The notes beneath the pieces were generated by a model. It ran no database searches. It was not told where the DNA came from and worked only from the letters and a program-made list of their open reading frames with translations. A program made the position numbers and the translations under genes. From positions 288,001 through 352,000 of the forward strand of contig OZ220733.1 in assembly GCA_965116875.1 (NCBI GenBank): a stretch of 64,000 bases of DNA, in the 5' to 3' direction. How positions within the stretch are numbered: position 1 is the first letter of the stretch; each line of letters begins with the position of its first letter. The stretch comes from Candidatus Latescibacterota bacterium. Its GTDB lineage: Bacteria; Latescibacterota; UBA2968; GCA-2709665. Positions 9,094 to 19,205 of the stretch are shown here, piece by piece.

Positions 9094-10497
9094 GTGCCGC
9101 ATGAGAGCATCTTTTCGTTCCGCACCCACGGCGGCGTCTGTGCCGGCGAGACATGGATCTACGATCGCGACGAGCCCATCGCGCGCCTCGAAGACAAGCG
9201 GATCGAACAGCCCGAACAGAACCTGCGTTATTTCAACGGCAACGCCAAGCCGGTCAACCTGCGTGACCTGAAACTGGCCCCGGGCGGCCGCCCGCTTGTG
9301 TGCGGCGTGCAGATGTACTGGGTGTTCCAACACCGCGTGCTGGCCACCACGGATCTGATCGACATTCAGGTCGCGGGCCAGGATACCGACTGCCTTGTAC
9401 TCACGGTGGTCACGGCGGACCCGGGTGGCGTAGCCACCTCGCGTCGCGTGCTCACGCTTACGTACGACGACGTTTCCAGGTCGTATATTTACGACTTCAG
9501 GGCCCACCTGGATATTCACAGCCCGGAAGCGCTGGACCGGGAAGAGACCGTGTCCTTCGAGTATTGCGATCCATGGTACAACGACGTCCCCGGACCCACC
9601 GTTGAATTCCCGGGGATGTGGCAAAAAAGATATTCGCATCTCCTGGCCGAAACCGGAGACGGCGCCGTCTGGCAGATGCCGCTGAATCACATGGCGACCG
9701 GCATCCCGGGCCCGCGGCCGCTGAAACGGGACGGCCTGTTCGTTCTGGCATACGACGAAGGAAACAACCCCGCCTTTGAATTTGTCGGCGACACTGCCGA
9801 TCGCACGACGCTGGGCGTGTGCAACTGGGGATACGACGTCCATTTCGCGGGTCACTACACGCGCGACGAACTCTACGCGCCGCTGTGCCCGCACTTTCGC
9901 ATCCGACTCTGTCCGGACGCAAGGGCGGCGCAGATGATGGCTCGCGCGGAGGCCGTTCCGCAGGTTACGTACAACGGTTTCGATATGCTCCCCGTTTACG
10001 AACGCAGGACCGGTTTTTCCAACGGTCTGAAGCTCAACAGACCCACCCCGTGCAACACCGATCCCTGGCCCTGGCTGCCGGAGGGGGAGGGGGCGGAATG
10101 GTGTCAGGATCACGGGCGCTCCGACTCATTCTCGCTCAAGATCGCCAAACCGACGGACGGCCCAACCGAATGGGTCATGGATCGTGAAAGCGATGGCGCC
10201 TGGACCGAACGCTGGACCCGGTCGACCGGCTTTCGCGTGACCGTATACGTCAAGACCGAAAACGTCCGGGGACGCGGCGCCTTCCTGGCCGTGCGCTGGG
10301 GCGTCTTTAACGAACCCGAAAAATATCCCTATATCTGTTCCAGAAAACTCGCGGGCACCAACGACTGGACACGGGTCAGCGTGGAGATCCACGGTCCGTC
10401 GCCGCCGGACAGCGGGGCCGTCTACCTCATCCTGCGCCAGGATGGCAGCGGCACAAGCTGGTTCGATGACCTGGAAGTCGAGCGCATCGGCGCCTGA
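9094..10497 (+). CDS. Hypothetical protein with C-terminal galactose-binding-like (CBM4/9-like) domain
   Basis: GGAGGAG RBS then GTG 9094; C-terminal GRSDSFSLKI...YVKTENVRG...GTNDWTRV...GTSWFDDL is typical of CBM-like beta-sandwiches. Confidence 0.6.
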   Translation: MPHESIFSFRTHGGVCAGETWIYDRDEPIARLEDKRIEQPEQNLRYFNGNAKPVNLRDLKLAPGGRPLVCGVQMYWVFQHRVLATTDLIDIQVAGQDTDCLVLTVVTADPGGVATSRRVLTLTYDDVSRSYIYDFRAHLDIHSPEALDREETVSFEYCDPWYNDVPGPTVEFPGMWQKRYSHLLAETGDGAVWQMPLNHMATGIPGPRPLKRDGLFVLAYDEGNNPAFEFVGDTADRTTLGVCNWGYDVHFAGHYTRDELYAPLCPHFRIRLCPDARAAQMMARAEAVPQVTYNGFDMLPVYERRTGFSNGLKLNRPTPCNTDPWPWLPEGEGAEWCQDHGRSDSFSLKIAKPTDGPTEWVMDRESDGAWTERWTRSTGFRVTVYVKTENVRGRGAFLAVRWGVFNEPEKYPYICSRKLAGTNDWTRVSVEIHGPSPPDSGAVYLILRQDGSGTSWFDDLEVERIGA

Positions 10498-10525
10498 GAC
10501 GTGGTACGCCAAACCGGGACAAGGT

Positions 10526-11443
10526 GTGGACAGAGCTCTCACGACGACGCCGGTGGGATTCATCGGCCTGGGGGAAATGGGCAGCGGAATGGCCCGCAAT
10601 CTGTTGAGGGCGGGATATCCTCTGTTCGCATACGACACGAACGGAGATGCATTGGACCGGATCGCCGGTTGCGGCGCGCGGAAGGCCGAGAGCGTAGCCG
10701 CGGTGGCCGGTATCTGCGAACGGATCATACTGATGCTGCCGGATACCCGTGTGGTCGAGGCCGTGCTTTTTGGGGGCGAAGGCCTTGCGCCTCGACTGGA
10801 GGCCGGGCACGTCATCATCGATTGCGGCACGACACATCCCGATTTTACACGCGAGGCGTCACGACGTCTCGCTGATCTCGGCGTACACTTCCTGGATGCG
10901 CCCGTTTCCGGGATGAGCAGCCGCGCGGCCGATGGAACCCTGACCCTGATGGTGGGCGGCGACAGGGACGCCTTTTGCGTTGTCGAGCCGCTTCTGAACG
11001 CCATGGGTTCATCCATTTGCTACATGGGCGGGTCCGGTAACGGACAGCTTGCCAAGATCGTCAACAATACACTCTTCAATATCTCCTGCGCCGCGCTGGC
11101 CGAGATGCTCCCACTCGCGGTCAGACTTGGCCTGGACGCGAAAAAAACGTGCGAAGCCGTGATGACCGGCAGCGGACAGAGTTACGGCTTCGACACGTTC
11201 GCGCCTCTGGTCCTCGAACGGAATTTCGGGCCCGGATATCCAATGGCGAACGCACGCAAGGATATCGACGCCATCACCGGGATACTGGAAGAAGAGGGCG
11301 TGGACCTGCCCGTGGTCTCCGCCGCCGCCGATACGTTTCGTGCGGCACTGGACCAGGGCATGGGGAACCTGAACAAAGGTGCGATGACGCGGGTCTGGGA
11401 GGCGGTCCTGGGAGTCGAAGTAAAACAGACGCCACACGGCTGA
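10526..11443 (+). CDS. Beta-hydroxyacid dehydrogenase (3-hydroxyisobutyrate dehydrogenase / tartronate semialdehyde reductase family)
   Basis: GFIGLGEMGSGMA, FLDAPVSG, GNGQLAKIVNN, KD motif; probable GTG start 10526. Confidence 0.9.
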   Translation: MDRALTTTPVGFIGLGEMGSGMARNLLRAGYPLFAYDTNGDALDRIAGCGARKAESVAAVAGICERIILMLPDTRVVEAVLFGGEGLAPRLEAGHVIIDCGTTHPDFTREASRRLADLGVHFLDAPVSGMSSRAADGTLTLMVGGDRDAFCVVEPLLNAMGSSICYMGGSGNGQLAKIVNNTLFNISCAALAEMLPLAVRLGLDAKKTCEAVMTGSGQSYGFDTFAPLVLERNFGPGYPMANARKDIDAITGILEEEGVDLPVVSAAADTFRAALDQGMGNLNKGAMTRVWEAVLGVEVKQTPHG

Positions 11444-11480
11444 TCCCCTGCCGGCGCCATCGGCCGACTGCGATGCGTGC

Positions 11481-12758
11481 ATGGATCCAATGACGAACAA
11501 CACCGATACCCTCATTATCGGCGGCGGCTCCATCGGCGTCTGCTGCGCCCACTATCTGTCGAAAGCGGGGAGGGACGTTGTCCTCGTTGACAAAGACGAC
11601 GTCTGCGCGGGCAGTTCGTACGGCAACCAGGGCCTGATCGTTCCCAGCCACAGCATTCCCCTTGCCGCTCCCGGCGTAATCGGCAAAGCTTTCAAATGGA
11701 TGTTCGATCCTGGAAGCCCGTTTTACATCAAGCCCCGTATGGATCTGGAACTCGCGAGGTGGCTGCTGGAATTTCAGGCGGCCTGTACCCGGGCGCGCAT
11801 GCAACGTTCCCTCCTGGCCCTGAGGGATCTCAGTCTCGCCAGCGTAGCGCTCTTCGAGGAAATCGCCGCCATCGACGGCCTGGATATCGGGTTTGAGAAA
11901 AAAGGCAGCCTGATGATTTACGGGACCGAAAAGGGGCTCGAGGGCGGAATCGAGGAGGCCGGCATCCTGTCTGAGAAGGGAATCCGGACCGAGATATTGA
12001 ATCCTGGCGACCTCAAAAAGCTGGATCCCGCTGCCCGCTACAACGCCGCGGGCGCCGTCTACTATCCGCAGGACGCCCACCTTGTTCCCGCGAAATTCGT
12101 GAGAGAACTCGCCCGTCACGTTGCCGGAAACGCCAAACACGTCAAGATACGTCCTTCGACGGAAGTGATCGGCTTCCGCCGGCGGGACAGCCGGGTCCGC
12201 ACGGTCGTTACCACGCGGGGAGAATTCAACGCGAACGAGGTCGTCCTCGCGGGGGGCGCCTGGTCGCCGGTCATCGCCGCGGAACTCGGCATGAAACTGC
12301 CCATACAGCCGGCCAAAGGCTACAGCGTCACCTTCGAACGCCCGGACCGCTGCCCTTCGGTTCCGGCCTCGCTCTCGGAGGCCAAGGTGGCCGTCACACC
12401 CATGGGCGATATGCTCCGCTTCGGCGGTACGCTGGAACTGGCGGGACTGGACCTTTCCATCAACAAACGAAGGGTGGCGGCCATTCTCAACGCAGTCCCG
12501 CGCTATCTGCCCGACCTGAATCCGAAGCGGCTGAGACACATCGAGACCTGGCGGGGCCTGCGGCCATGCACCCCGGACGGCCTTCCATTCCTGGGCCGCA
12601 GCCCGACTCTCGAAAACCTTACCGTCGCCGCCGGACACGCAATGATCGGGATCTCGCTCGGACCCGTTACCGGCAAGCTTGTCTCGCAGGTGGTCACACG
12701 TCAGACGCCTTCCATCGACATCGAACCCCTGCGCGTGGACAGGTTCGAAAAACCCTGA
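11481..12758 (+). CDS. FAD-dependent D-amino acid dehydrogenase (DadA-like)
   Basis: IIGGGSIG, GSSYGNQG, PAKGYS, WRGLRPCTPDGLP, GHAMIGISLGPVTG. Confidence 0.9.
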   Translation: MDPMTNNTDTLIIGGGSIGVCCAHYLSKAGRDVVLVDKDDVCAGSSYGNQGLIVPSHSIPLAAPGVIGKAFKWMFDPGSPFYIKPRMDLELARWLLEFQAACTRARMQRSLLALRDLSLASVALFEEIAAIDGLDIGFEKKGSLMIYGTEKGLEGGIEEAGILSEKGIRTEILNPGDLKKLDPAARYNAAGAVYYPQDAHLVPAKFVRELARHVAGNAKHVKIRPSTEVIGFRRRDSRVRTVVTTRGEFNANEVVLAGGAWSPVIAAELGMKLPIQPAKGYSVTFERPDRCPSVPASLSEAKVAVTPMGDMLRFGGTLELAGLDLSINKRRVAAILNAVPRYLPDLNPKRLRHIETWRGLRPCTPDGLPFLGRSPTLENLTVAAGHAMIGISLGPVTGKLVSQVVTRQTPSIDIEPLRVDRFEKP

Positions 12759-12760
12759 GA

Positions 12761-12961
12761 ACTACGAATTTACGATACTACGAAAGAGCGGAACTGCGAG
12801 AGTGCGAAACTACGAGAGTACGAAAGAGCGAATTTGCGAGAATACGAAACTACGAAAGTGCGAAACTGCGAGAGTACGAAGCTAAGATTGCACGATAGAG
12901 CGTGAATACATCATTCGTCTTCCGGTTTTCTCGTATCTTCGTATTCTCGTATCCTCGTTTT
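12761..12961. repeat. Degenerate 8-bp tandem array followed by an inverted set of the same unit
   Basis: 15 in-register 8-mers 12761-12880 (ACTACGAA, AGTGCGAA, ACTGCGAG, AGTACGAA...); reverse-orientation units CTCGTATC TTCGTATT CTCGTATC CTCGTTTT at 12930-12961. Confidence 0.9.
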
Positions 12962-12975
12962 ACGAAAGGACGCTT

Positions 12976-14454
12976 ATGCCTGAGTTCATCCGGTCCGACA
13001 AGCCCAATGTATTGATGATCTGCACGGATCACTGGAGTGGACTGCTCACCGGCGATGCGGGCCATCCCGTGGTCACCACGCCGACGATCGACCACCTCGC
13101 CCGGTGCGGCGTCAGTTACACCAATGCCTATTCGGCCTGTCCCTCCTGCATACCCGCCCGGCGCTCCCTGTTCACCGGCATGAGTCCGAAGGCGAACGGG
13201 ATGCGCTCATTTGTCGATGGCGTTGACTTCCCCGAAGTTCCCACCCTCGCCCAGTGCTTTCGTGACGCTGGTTATCAGGCGTATGCCGTGGGGAAACTGC
13301 ATGTCTACCCGCAACGCCACCGGATCGGCTTCGATGACGTCCTCGTGGAGGAGCAGGGGCGTCACGTTCACCACGACATCCCGGACGGAATGGCTGACGA
13401 CTATGAGCTCTTTCTGGCCGAGCAGGGCTACGGCGGGCAGGAATACGCCAGCGGCATGACGCAGAACGATTACATCGCCCGAGCATGGCACCTGCCCGAG
13501 TACTGCCATCCGATCAACTGGGCTGCGCGGGAGATGTGCAAAACCATTCGTCGACGGGACCCTCGCAAGCCCGGCTTCTGGTACCTCTCCTTTTCCGCGC
13601 CGCACCCGCCCAACACGCCGCTGCAGACATATATGGAACTCTACCGGGATGCGCCCCTCGACGAACCGGCCGAGGGCAACTGGTCGGCGAACTTCGATGA
13701 CCTGCCCTACCACATAAAGACGCTGAGCAACCCGGACAACCTCGCAATGGCGCGCGCAAAAGGCCACGAATGGGAATTCTCCAGGCGCGCCTATTACGCA
13801 ACGCTCACCCACATCGACCATCAGATCCGGACTGTCATCGGATACCTGCGGGAATGCGGGCTCCTGGACAACACCATCGTGGTCTTCACGAGCGACCACG
13901 GCCACATGGTCGGCGAACACGGACTCTGGTGCATGACGCCGTTTTACGAAATGTCCGCCAGGATTCCCCTGGTCGTCATGCCGGTAAAAGGCGACGAACG
14001 TCTTCCAGCCGGAACCCGGGACGACCGCCTGGCCGAATTCGCTGACATCATGCCCACCTTGCTGGACCTGACGGGCGTACCGATACCCGATCAGGTCGAC
14101 CGCCTTAGCCTGGCCGGCGACCGCCGCCGGGACGAACTGTACGGCGAACACGGCGAAGGGTCTGCGGCGATGCGCATGGTACACGACGGACGATTCAAGC
14201 TCATCTACTATCCGGTTGGAAACCAGGCGCAGCTTTTCGACGTCGACAACGACCCGCGTGAAACACGGGACCTCGCCGGTGACAGCGGCTTTGCCGACAC
14301 GCTGAACCGCCTCAAGAGCCGTCTGGTGGAACACCTCTACGGCGAGGATCTCAACTGGCTGAAAGACGGCGAACTCGTCGGTCTACCGGCCAGGCAATAC
14401 GTACCGTCGGCCAAACGCGCGATGCGAGGCCAGCGCGGCCTTCGGTTTATGTGA
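12976..14454 (+). CDS. Formylglycine-dependent sulfatase (S1 family, choline-sulfatase-like)
   Basis: PNVLMICTDH, CIPARRSLFTG (CxPxR), GKLH, PHPP, TSDHG. Confidence 0.93.
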   Translation: MPEFIRSDKPNVLMICTDHWSGLLTGDAGHPVVTTPTIDHLARCGVSYTNAYSACPSCIPARRSLFTGMSPKANGMRSFVDGVDFPEVPTLAQCFRDAGYQAYAVGKLHVYPQRHRIGFDDVLVEEQGRHVHHDIPDGMADDYELFLAEQGYGGQEYASGMTQNDYIARAWHLPEYCHPINWAAREMCKTIRRRDPRKPGFWYLSFSAPHPPNTPLQTYMELYRDAPLDEPAEGNWSANFDDLPYHIKTLSNPDNLAMARAKGHEWEFSRRAYYATLTHIDHQIRTVIGYLRECGLLDNTIVVFTSDHGHMVGEHGLWCMTPFYEMSARIPLVVMPVKGDERLPAGTRDDRLAEFADIMPTLLDLTGVPIPDQVDRLSLAGDRRRDELYGEHGEGSAAMRMVHDGRFKLIYYPVGNQAQLFDVDNDPRETRDLAGDSGFADTLNRLKSRLVEHLYGEDLNWLKDGELVGLPARQYVPSAKRAMRGQRGLRFM

Positions 14455-14509
14455 CCGACCACGCCCGGGCGGAATGCCCGCGTCGGCCCGCTGCAGGAAG
14501 GAGCGAATC

Positions 14510-16870
14510 ATGCCACCGTCCAAAACAGGATCGCCTGCCCGTGCGGTCACGGTCATGATCTACACCCGGTATGAATACCGCAAGGTGTACGCCCGTGTTC
14601 ACCTGCTCGGCGAAACCCATCTCGCCGATGGCGGCAAGGTGGAACTGGTCCTGTACAGCACACGCTCGGGGGATACGCGGGAAACCAGGGTCGTGGGCAA
14701 CATCGGACTCGAGGAAGTCGCCTTCGACACGGGGGACATCCCGTCGGGATGCTGTGACTTCCGCGCGACCTTTATCGACCGGTTCGGCGCCCGCTTCGCA
14801 ACGCGGACGCTTCAGGACAGGTGGCCCGGCGACTTTCCCTGGCTCGGGTCCCGCGCCGGAATCTCGCGCCGGGTACCCGATCCATGGACGCCGCTCAACG
14901 TTACGGAATCCGATAACGGCCTTGAGATTGCCTGTTGGGGAAGAACGTACACCTTTTCAACGACCGCATTCGCCACCCGGGCGACTTCATCCGGCAGCCA
15001 ACTCCTCGCCGGCCCACTGAGGCCGGTTGCCCGCGTAAACGGCAAGAAGGCACGCTGGACGGACGGCCATCTGGAACTGATCTCGGCGGAAAGAGAACAG
15101 GTGGTTTTCCATGTCCGTTTCGAGTCTCCAGCCGGCCTGTCCGTAACGGCCAGGGCCGAAATCGACTTCGACGGAATGGCGCGAATCGACTGGTCCGTCA
15201 CCGCCGACAGGATCCTGCGCCTCGACGCGCTCTGGCTTGAACTGCCCGTTCGCGGCAAACACTCCGGATACCTGTACCACTTTCCCGGAAGCTGGGGCGG
15301 AGTCCGAAACGTCGGCGCGCTGTCGCAGAACCGTCTCAAGATGGGGTTTCGCCCGTACGTCTGGCTGGGGGACGAGGAACGCGGTATCGCATTGTTTTCG
15401 GAATCGGACGCGGGCTTCCACAACCGTAACCCGCGGAAGGTCACAGAAATCGTCCGTCGAAAGAACCGGGTGCGGCTGCGTATCCACTGCGTCTCGACCC
15501 CGATCAAACTCCTTCCGGGCAGCAGGGAGGGCGGGCAATTCACGGGTTTCGGAACCGAGGACGCCAAACCGTTGAGGCCCGGCGGCGTCGTTACCGATGA
15601 ACTGCGATACACGTTCGGATTTCAGGCCACGCCGGTCAAGCCCGTCGTGGAGGACGCCTGGGACCAGCGCGTATTCTGCATCGGCCAATCCACCACCGGC
15701 TTCAGTCCACGATTGAACGTGTCCGACGATCTCCTTGACAGGTGCGTGGACTCCGGTGTCCGCGCCGTTGTCCTCTTCGAACACTGGGCGGACGCGGAAG
15801 CGTACACCCGCACGCCCCACGCCGACGAAGTCCGGAAGATCGTCAGGGCCTGCAAGGACCGCGGACTTCAGATCCTGCTCTATTTCGGCTTTCTCATCTC
15901 GGACGTCATCGACGAGTGGCAGGCCATCGGCAAAGACGCGCTCATTCTGCCCAAGGGCGGGTATCCCGTCTTCCACTACCAGCCACAGCCCGAACAGTCC
16001 GCCTGGCGGGTTTGTCTGAACAGTCCGTGGCAGGACCTGCTCACCGACGGCATCGCACGGGTTATGGATGAATTCGACGTCGACGGGGTCTACCTGGACG
16101 GGACGGAATATCCATTCGGCTGCTGCAACACGGAACACGGTTGCGGACATACAAGGTCCGACGGCAGCATCGCCCAGACCTTTCCCATTTTCAGCGCGCG
16201 CTCGGCGATGCGCCGCATCTACGAAATCGTAAAATCCCGCAGGAACAACGGCCACGTCAACGTGCATAACTCCACGTGCATGACCATGCCCACCCTGGGA
16301 TGGGCGACCGGGTACTGGGACGGAGAGCAATTCCAGGGGGTCGGCAGCGGCGTGGACGTTTCCCGGCTGTTGCCACTGGACGCCTTCCGCGCCGAATTCA
16401 TGGGCAGGCAGTGGGGGGTTCCCGCCGAATTCCTCCACGCGGGCGCCGCCTACACCTACGAACAGGCGTGGGCGTTTACGCTCCTGCACGACGTTCCCGT
16501 CCGACCGCACAATGCGGACGATGATCTGGACCTTGCCGCCAGGGTATGGCGCGCGATGGACGCGTTCGACCGCAGGAACGCCGAATGGTTACCCTATTGG
16601 CGAAACCGCCGATTTGTAAGCGTTTCTCCAAAGAACGCCTGCGCAAGCATCTATCGACACCCGGAAAACGGCGTTCTGGCCGTTGTTTCCAATATGAACG
16701 GCAAACGCAAGAACGTCACGGTAAAGTTAAACGTGAAGAAGCTTGGGCTCGGGACTGCCCCGAATGCGGAGGACATTCTCAAAAACAACGCCGTCCCGGT
16801 CAGGGACGGCGTATTGGAGTTTTCTCTTTCCAGTCTGGAGTGGAAACTCATCCACGTCCGCAATCGTTGA
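14510..16870 (+). CDS. DUF6067-like / putative glycoside hydrolase domain protein
   Basis: VPDPWTPL, WLGDEERG, FQATPVKP, DGVYLDG (TIM-barrel GH-like), DGEQ, LLHDV, WLPYWRN; RBS AAGGAG before ATG 14510. Confidence 0.65.
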   Translation: MPPSKTGSPARAVTVMIYTRYEYRKVYARVHLLGETHLADGGKVELVLYSTRSGDTRETRVVGNIGLEEVAFDTGDIPSGCCDFRATFIDRFGARFATRTLQDRWPGDFPWLGSRAGISRRVPDPWTPLNVTESDNGLEIACWGRTYTFSTTAFATRATSSGSQLLAGPLRPVARVNGKKARWTDGHLELISAEREQVVFHVRFESPAGLSVTARAEIDFDGMARIDWSVTADRILRLDALWLELPVRGKHSGYLYHFPGSWGGVRNVGALSQNRLKMGFRPYVWLGDEERGIALFSESDAGFHNRNPRKVTEIVRRKNRVRLRIHCVSTPIKLLPGSREGGQFTGFGTEDAKPLRPGGVVTDELRYTFGFQATPVKPVVEDAWDQRVFCIGQSTTGFSPRLNVSDDLLDRCVDSGVRAVVLFEHWADAEAYTRTPHADEVRKIVRACKDRGLQILLYFGFLISDVIDEWQAIGKDALILPKGGYPVFHYQPQPEQSAWRVCLNSPWQDLLTDGIARVMDEFDVDGVYLDGTEYPFGCCNTEHGCGHTRSDGSIAQTFPIFSARSAMRRIYEIVKSRRNNGHVNVHNSTCMTMPTLGWATGYWDGEQFQGVGSGVDVSRLLPLDAFRAEFMGRQWGVPAEFLHAGAAYTYEQAWAFTLLHDVPVRPHNADDDLDLAARVWRAMDAFDRRNAEWLPYWRNRRFVSVSPKNACASIYRHPENGVLAVVSNMNGKRKNVTVKLNVKKLGLGTAPNAEDILKNNAVPVRDGVLEFSLSSLEWKLIHVRNR

Positions 16871-16878
16871 ACGACTTC

Positions 16879-17859
16879 TCAGTTTTCGTTGACCGCCTGC
16901 AAGAGGGCGTGGATGTAGCCGTACGTATAGGCGAAGGCGACTTGAGCGGGTTCGGCGCCGGATATTCCGGGGACATGGTCGGGCATAATCATGTACTCGT
17001 AACCGACCTCATCGAACGTGCGCAGCGCTCTGAGCATTTCCACGTCCCCTTCGTCGGGAAACACCTCCACAAAGTCCCGGAAACCGCCCCGGATATTCCG
17101 AAAATGCAGATTGAAGATCTTCCTGCGCCGGCCGAACCAGCGGATAATGTCGTGAATCTCCTCGCCCGGGTTTTCAAGGCTCTCCGATATCGTTCCGAGA
17201 CAGAAATTCAGCCCGTTGTAAGGGCTGTCGTATAATTCGACGAACTTCTTGAGGCCGTCCACCATCCCCATTACACGGGCCACACCGCGGTACGTCTCGT
17301 CGCCAATCCCCGGATCGGACGGATGGCAGGCCATCTGAATGCGGTATTCTTCGGCCACCGGCATGATGCGTTCGAGCCAGTACTGAATTCGTTCCCACAT
17401 CGTATCGGCGTCGGCCGCCCCGCCTTCAAATTCCCCGATCGACTGGTCCAGCTTTGCGTATTCGAAAGAGGACAAACGCGCGCCGCCGCGACCGTAACGG
17501 GATTCGGTCCGCAGGTGACCCAATATGGTGATGTTGTAGTTGAGACCACGAAGCCCCGCCTCGGAGGCCATCCGGACGATTTCGCACAGCCGGTCGATCT
17601 GCCGGTCCCGCTCATCGCTCGGGGCAAGAAAAACGGCGCCGGCCGGGTTACTGAACGCGCTGCCCGAACTGAGCGGGATGTGAATCATCTCGAGATTGAT
17701 GCCGTGCCTGTCAAACCGTTCCCGCATCCGGATCAGCATCTCGACCGACCATTCGGTCCACGGCTCCGCGGGCGTCTGGTCCACATGGTACACGCCCAGT
17801 TGTGAAAGGACCTTTATATCCGTTTCATCACGACATCCCACCTGTGTCCCTATGTACAT
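16879..17859 (-). CDS. uxuA: Mannonate dehydratase-like protein
   Basis: MACHPSDP, NGLNFCLGT, LHFRNIRG, EVFPDEGDV, MPDHVP, AYTYGYI. Confidence 0.8.
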   Translation of the reverse strand: MYIGTQVGCRDETDIKVLSQLGVYHVDQTPAEPWTEWSVEMLIRMRERFDRHGINLEMIHIPLSSGSAFSNPAGAVFLAPSDERDRQIDRLCEIVRMASEAGLRGLNYNITILGHLRTESRYGRGGARLSSFEYAKLDQSIGEFEGGAADADTMWERIQYWLERIMPVAEEYRIQMACHPSDPGIGDETYRGVARVMGMVDGLKKFVELYDSPYNGLNFCLGTISESLENPGEEIHDIIRWFGRRRKIFNLHFRNIRGGFRDFVEVFPDEGDVEMLRALRTFDEVGYEYMIMPDHVPGISGAEPAQVAFAYTYGYIHALLQAVNEN

Positions 17860-17911
17860 TTCCTGGGCCTCTCAATGGATTCAACCGTTCGGGTGTTGGC
17901 GTCCGCCGGGT

Positions 17912-18790
17912 TTACAGTTGACCGATCGTGGGTCTGGAGGGTAGCGCCGCCGAAAACTGGGCGACGCTTTCCCACGGTGGCTTGAGCGCGTGCCTGGACG
18001 CGACGGGCTCAGGCTGACGATAACGCACGTGCACGGTATGCCTTGGACGCCGGGTGTGCCGGACGGACCCGCAGTGGTAGCTGCAATTGTTGAACACGAT
18101 CGCCGTACCCCCACTGCCGTATATGTCGACCCGACCCTTGCGCCGGGTCAGTTCCCGTCCGAAGGCGTCCACCCAGACGGGACACGCCGGGTCGACGTAC
18201 CCTACGTCGCCGTCGTCGATTCTGAGCCGGTCCCGTGCGCCCCAGCCGCTGCTCCCGGTGTGGGTTTTCGGCAGGTTTCGCTTGGTCTCGACGCTCTCGG
18301 GTATGATACTGAAGCAGTGGGACCCGGCGTCGACGTCTTCCATATAGAAGATCACCTGCAGCGCCGGCACGAAGTATTCGTTCCGCTGGGCGCCCTCCAC
18401 GTTGCCGCTGTCTTCACGATGCCACACGCGCGTGAGACACAGCGGGTCACCGCCGTCCAGATCTTCAGGAGGCTGCACGTCGCAGGGTTCGCGCCTGAGA
18501 AACGTCAGACCTGACATGGCGGCGCCCGGACCGAGAATGCTGCGGGCGAGCGGCGCGATGGACGGATGACAGGTCAGTCTGTCCAGGGCCTCGGTCCGGT
18601 GGAGGAGTTCGGGCGCGTCGCAGCCAACGGAAAGATGACCGGACGCGGTCGGCGACGGTTCCCAGTATTCCGGGTGCGCGGACCGGTCGGCTGCGATTCC
18701 GTCGTTAACCTCCGCGACCTCCTCATCCGTCAATGCGTCGGGCACGACGACGTAGCCGTTTTCCGCGAAGAACTCGAGTATTTCTTTCAT
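17912..18790 (-). CDS. Phytanoyl-CoA dioxygenase (PhyH) family 2OG/Fe(II) oxygenase
   Basis: FFAENGYVVVPDAL, WHRE facial-triad motif, IIPES, distal YHCG; start ATG 18790 after AAGGAG. Confidence 0.8.
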   Translation of the reverse strand: MKEILEFFAENGYVVVPDALTDEEVAEVNDGIAADRSAHPEYWEPSPTASGHLSVGCDAPELLHRTEALDRLTCHPSIAPLARSILGPGAAMSGLTFLRREPCDVQPPEDLDGGDPLCLTRVWHREDSGNVEGAQRNEYFVPALQVIFYMEDVDAGSHCFSIIPESVETKRNLPKTHTGSSGWGARDRLRIDDGDVGYVDPACPVWVDAFGRELTRRKGRVDIYGSGGTAIVFNNCSYHCGSVRHTRRPRHTVHVRYRQPEPVASRHALKPPWESVAQFSAALPSRPTIGQL

Positions 18791-19205
18791 GCTATTTCTC
18801 CTTCTGCCATCGGTTATGCAGGCAGGAACGCCTCGGCCAGCAGACAATTAGCAACCAACGCGCCACAAAAGTCAAGTCAAATTCCGCCGTTGGCGCTGCC
18901 GTGCGCGAGGGTGTTGCCGGGCGGCATGGCGATAGATATATTATGCCGTCGCCCGACCCGGCAAACCGGCATCTTCAACATATCCCGGAAGACCGGTTTA
19001 CAGCAGGCGCTCAAAGTGACCGGAGAAACAAAAAGCCGCGCACCCGCGGCAGGTCATTTTGAACGACCTCAATACTCCGTTTTCGCAACGCCACCTTCTG
19101 TGCTTTTTGTGGTAAATTAACGGTTGTCTTCTTTCGCATTGAGGCTAATTCAGGACAGCGACGCACGCGATGCCGAACGCCGGAACCCTAAAGAAAGGAC
19201 TCCCG

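Noticed and set aside
12761-12961. CRISPR array, or coding ORFs 12566..12898 and 12679..12885
   Set aside because: Units are 8 nt with no unique spacers and no cas genes; the ORFs (YERAELRECET...) are just translations of the repeat
11274-16510. Long antisense ORFs (11274..12638, 13207..14334, 14987..16510) and similar ones throughout the window
   Set aside because: They fully overlap well-supported genes on the opposite strand, as expected in high-GC DNA
18905-19005. Two adjacent hairpins in the phyH / GH127-like divergent region as a riboswitch
   Set aside because: Pairing is plausible (TTGCCGGG/CCCGGCAA, AAACCGG/CCGGTTT) but no known aptamer motif or expression platform is recognisable
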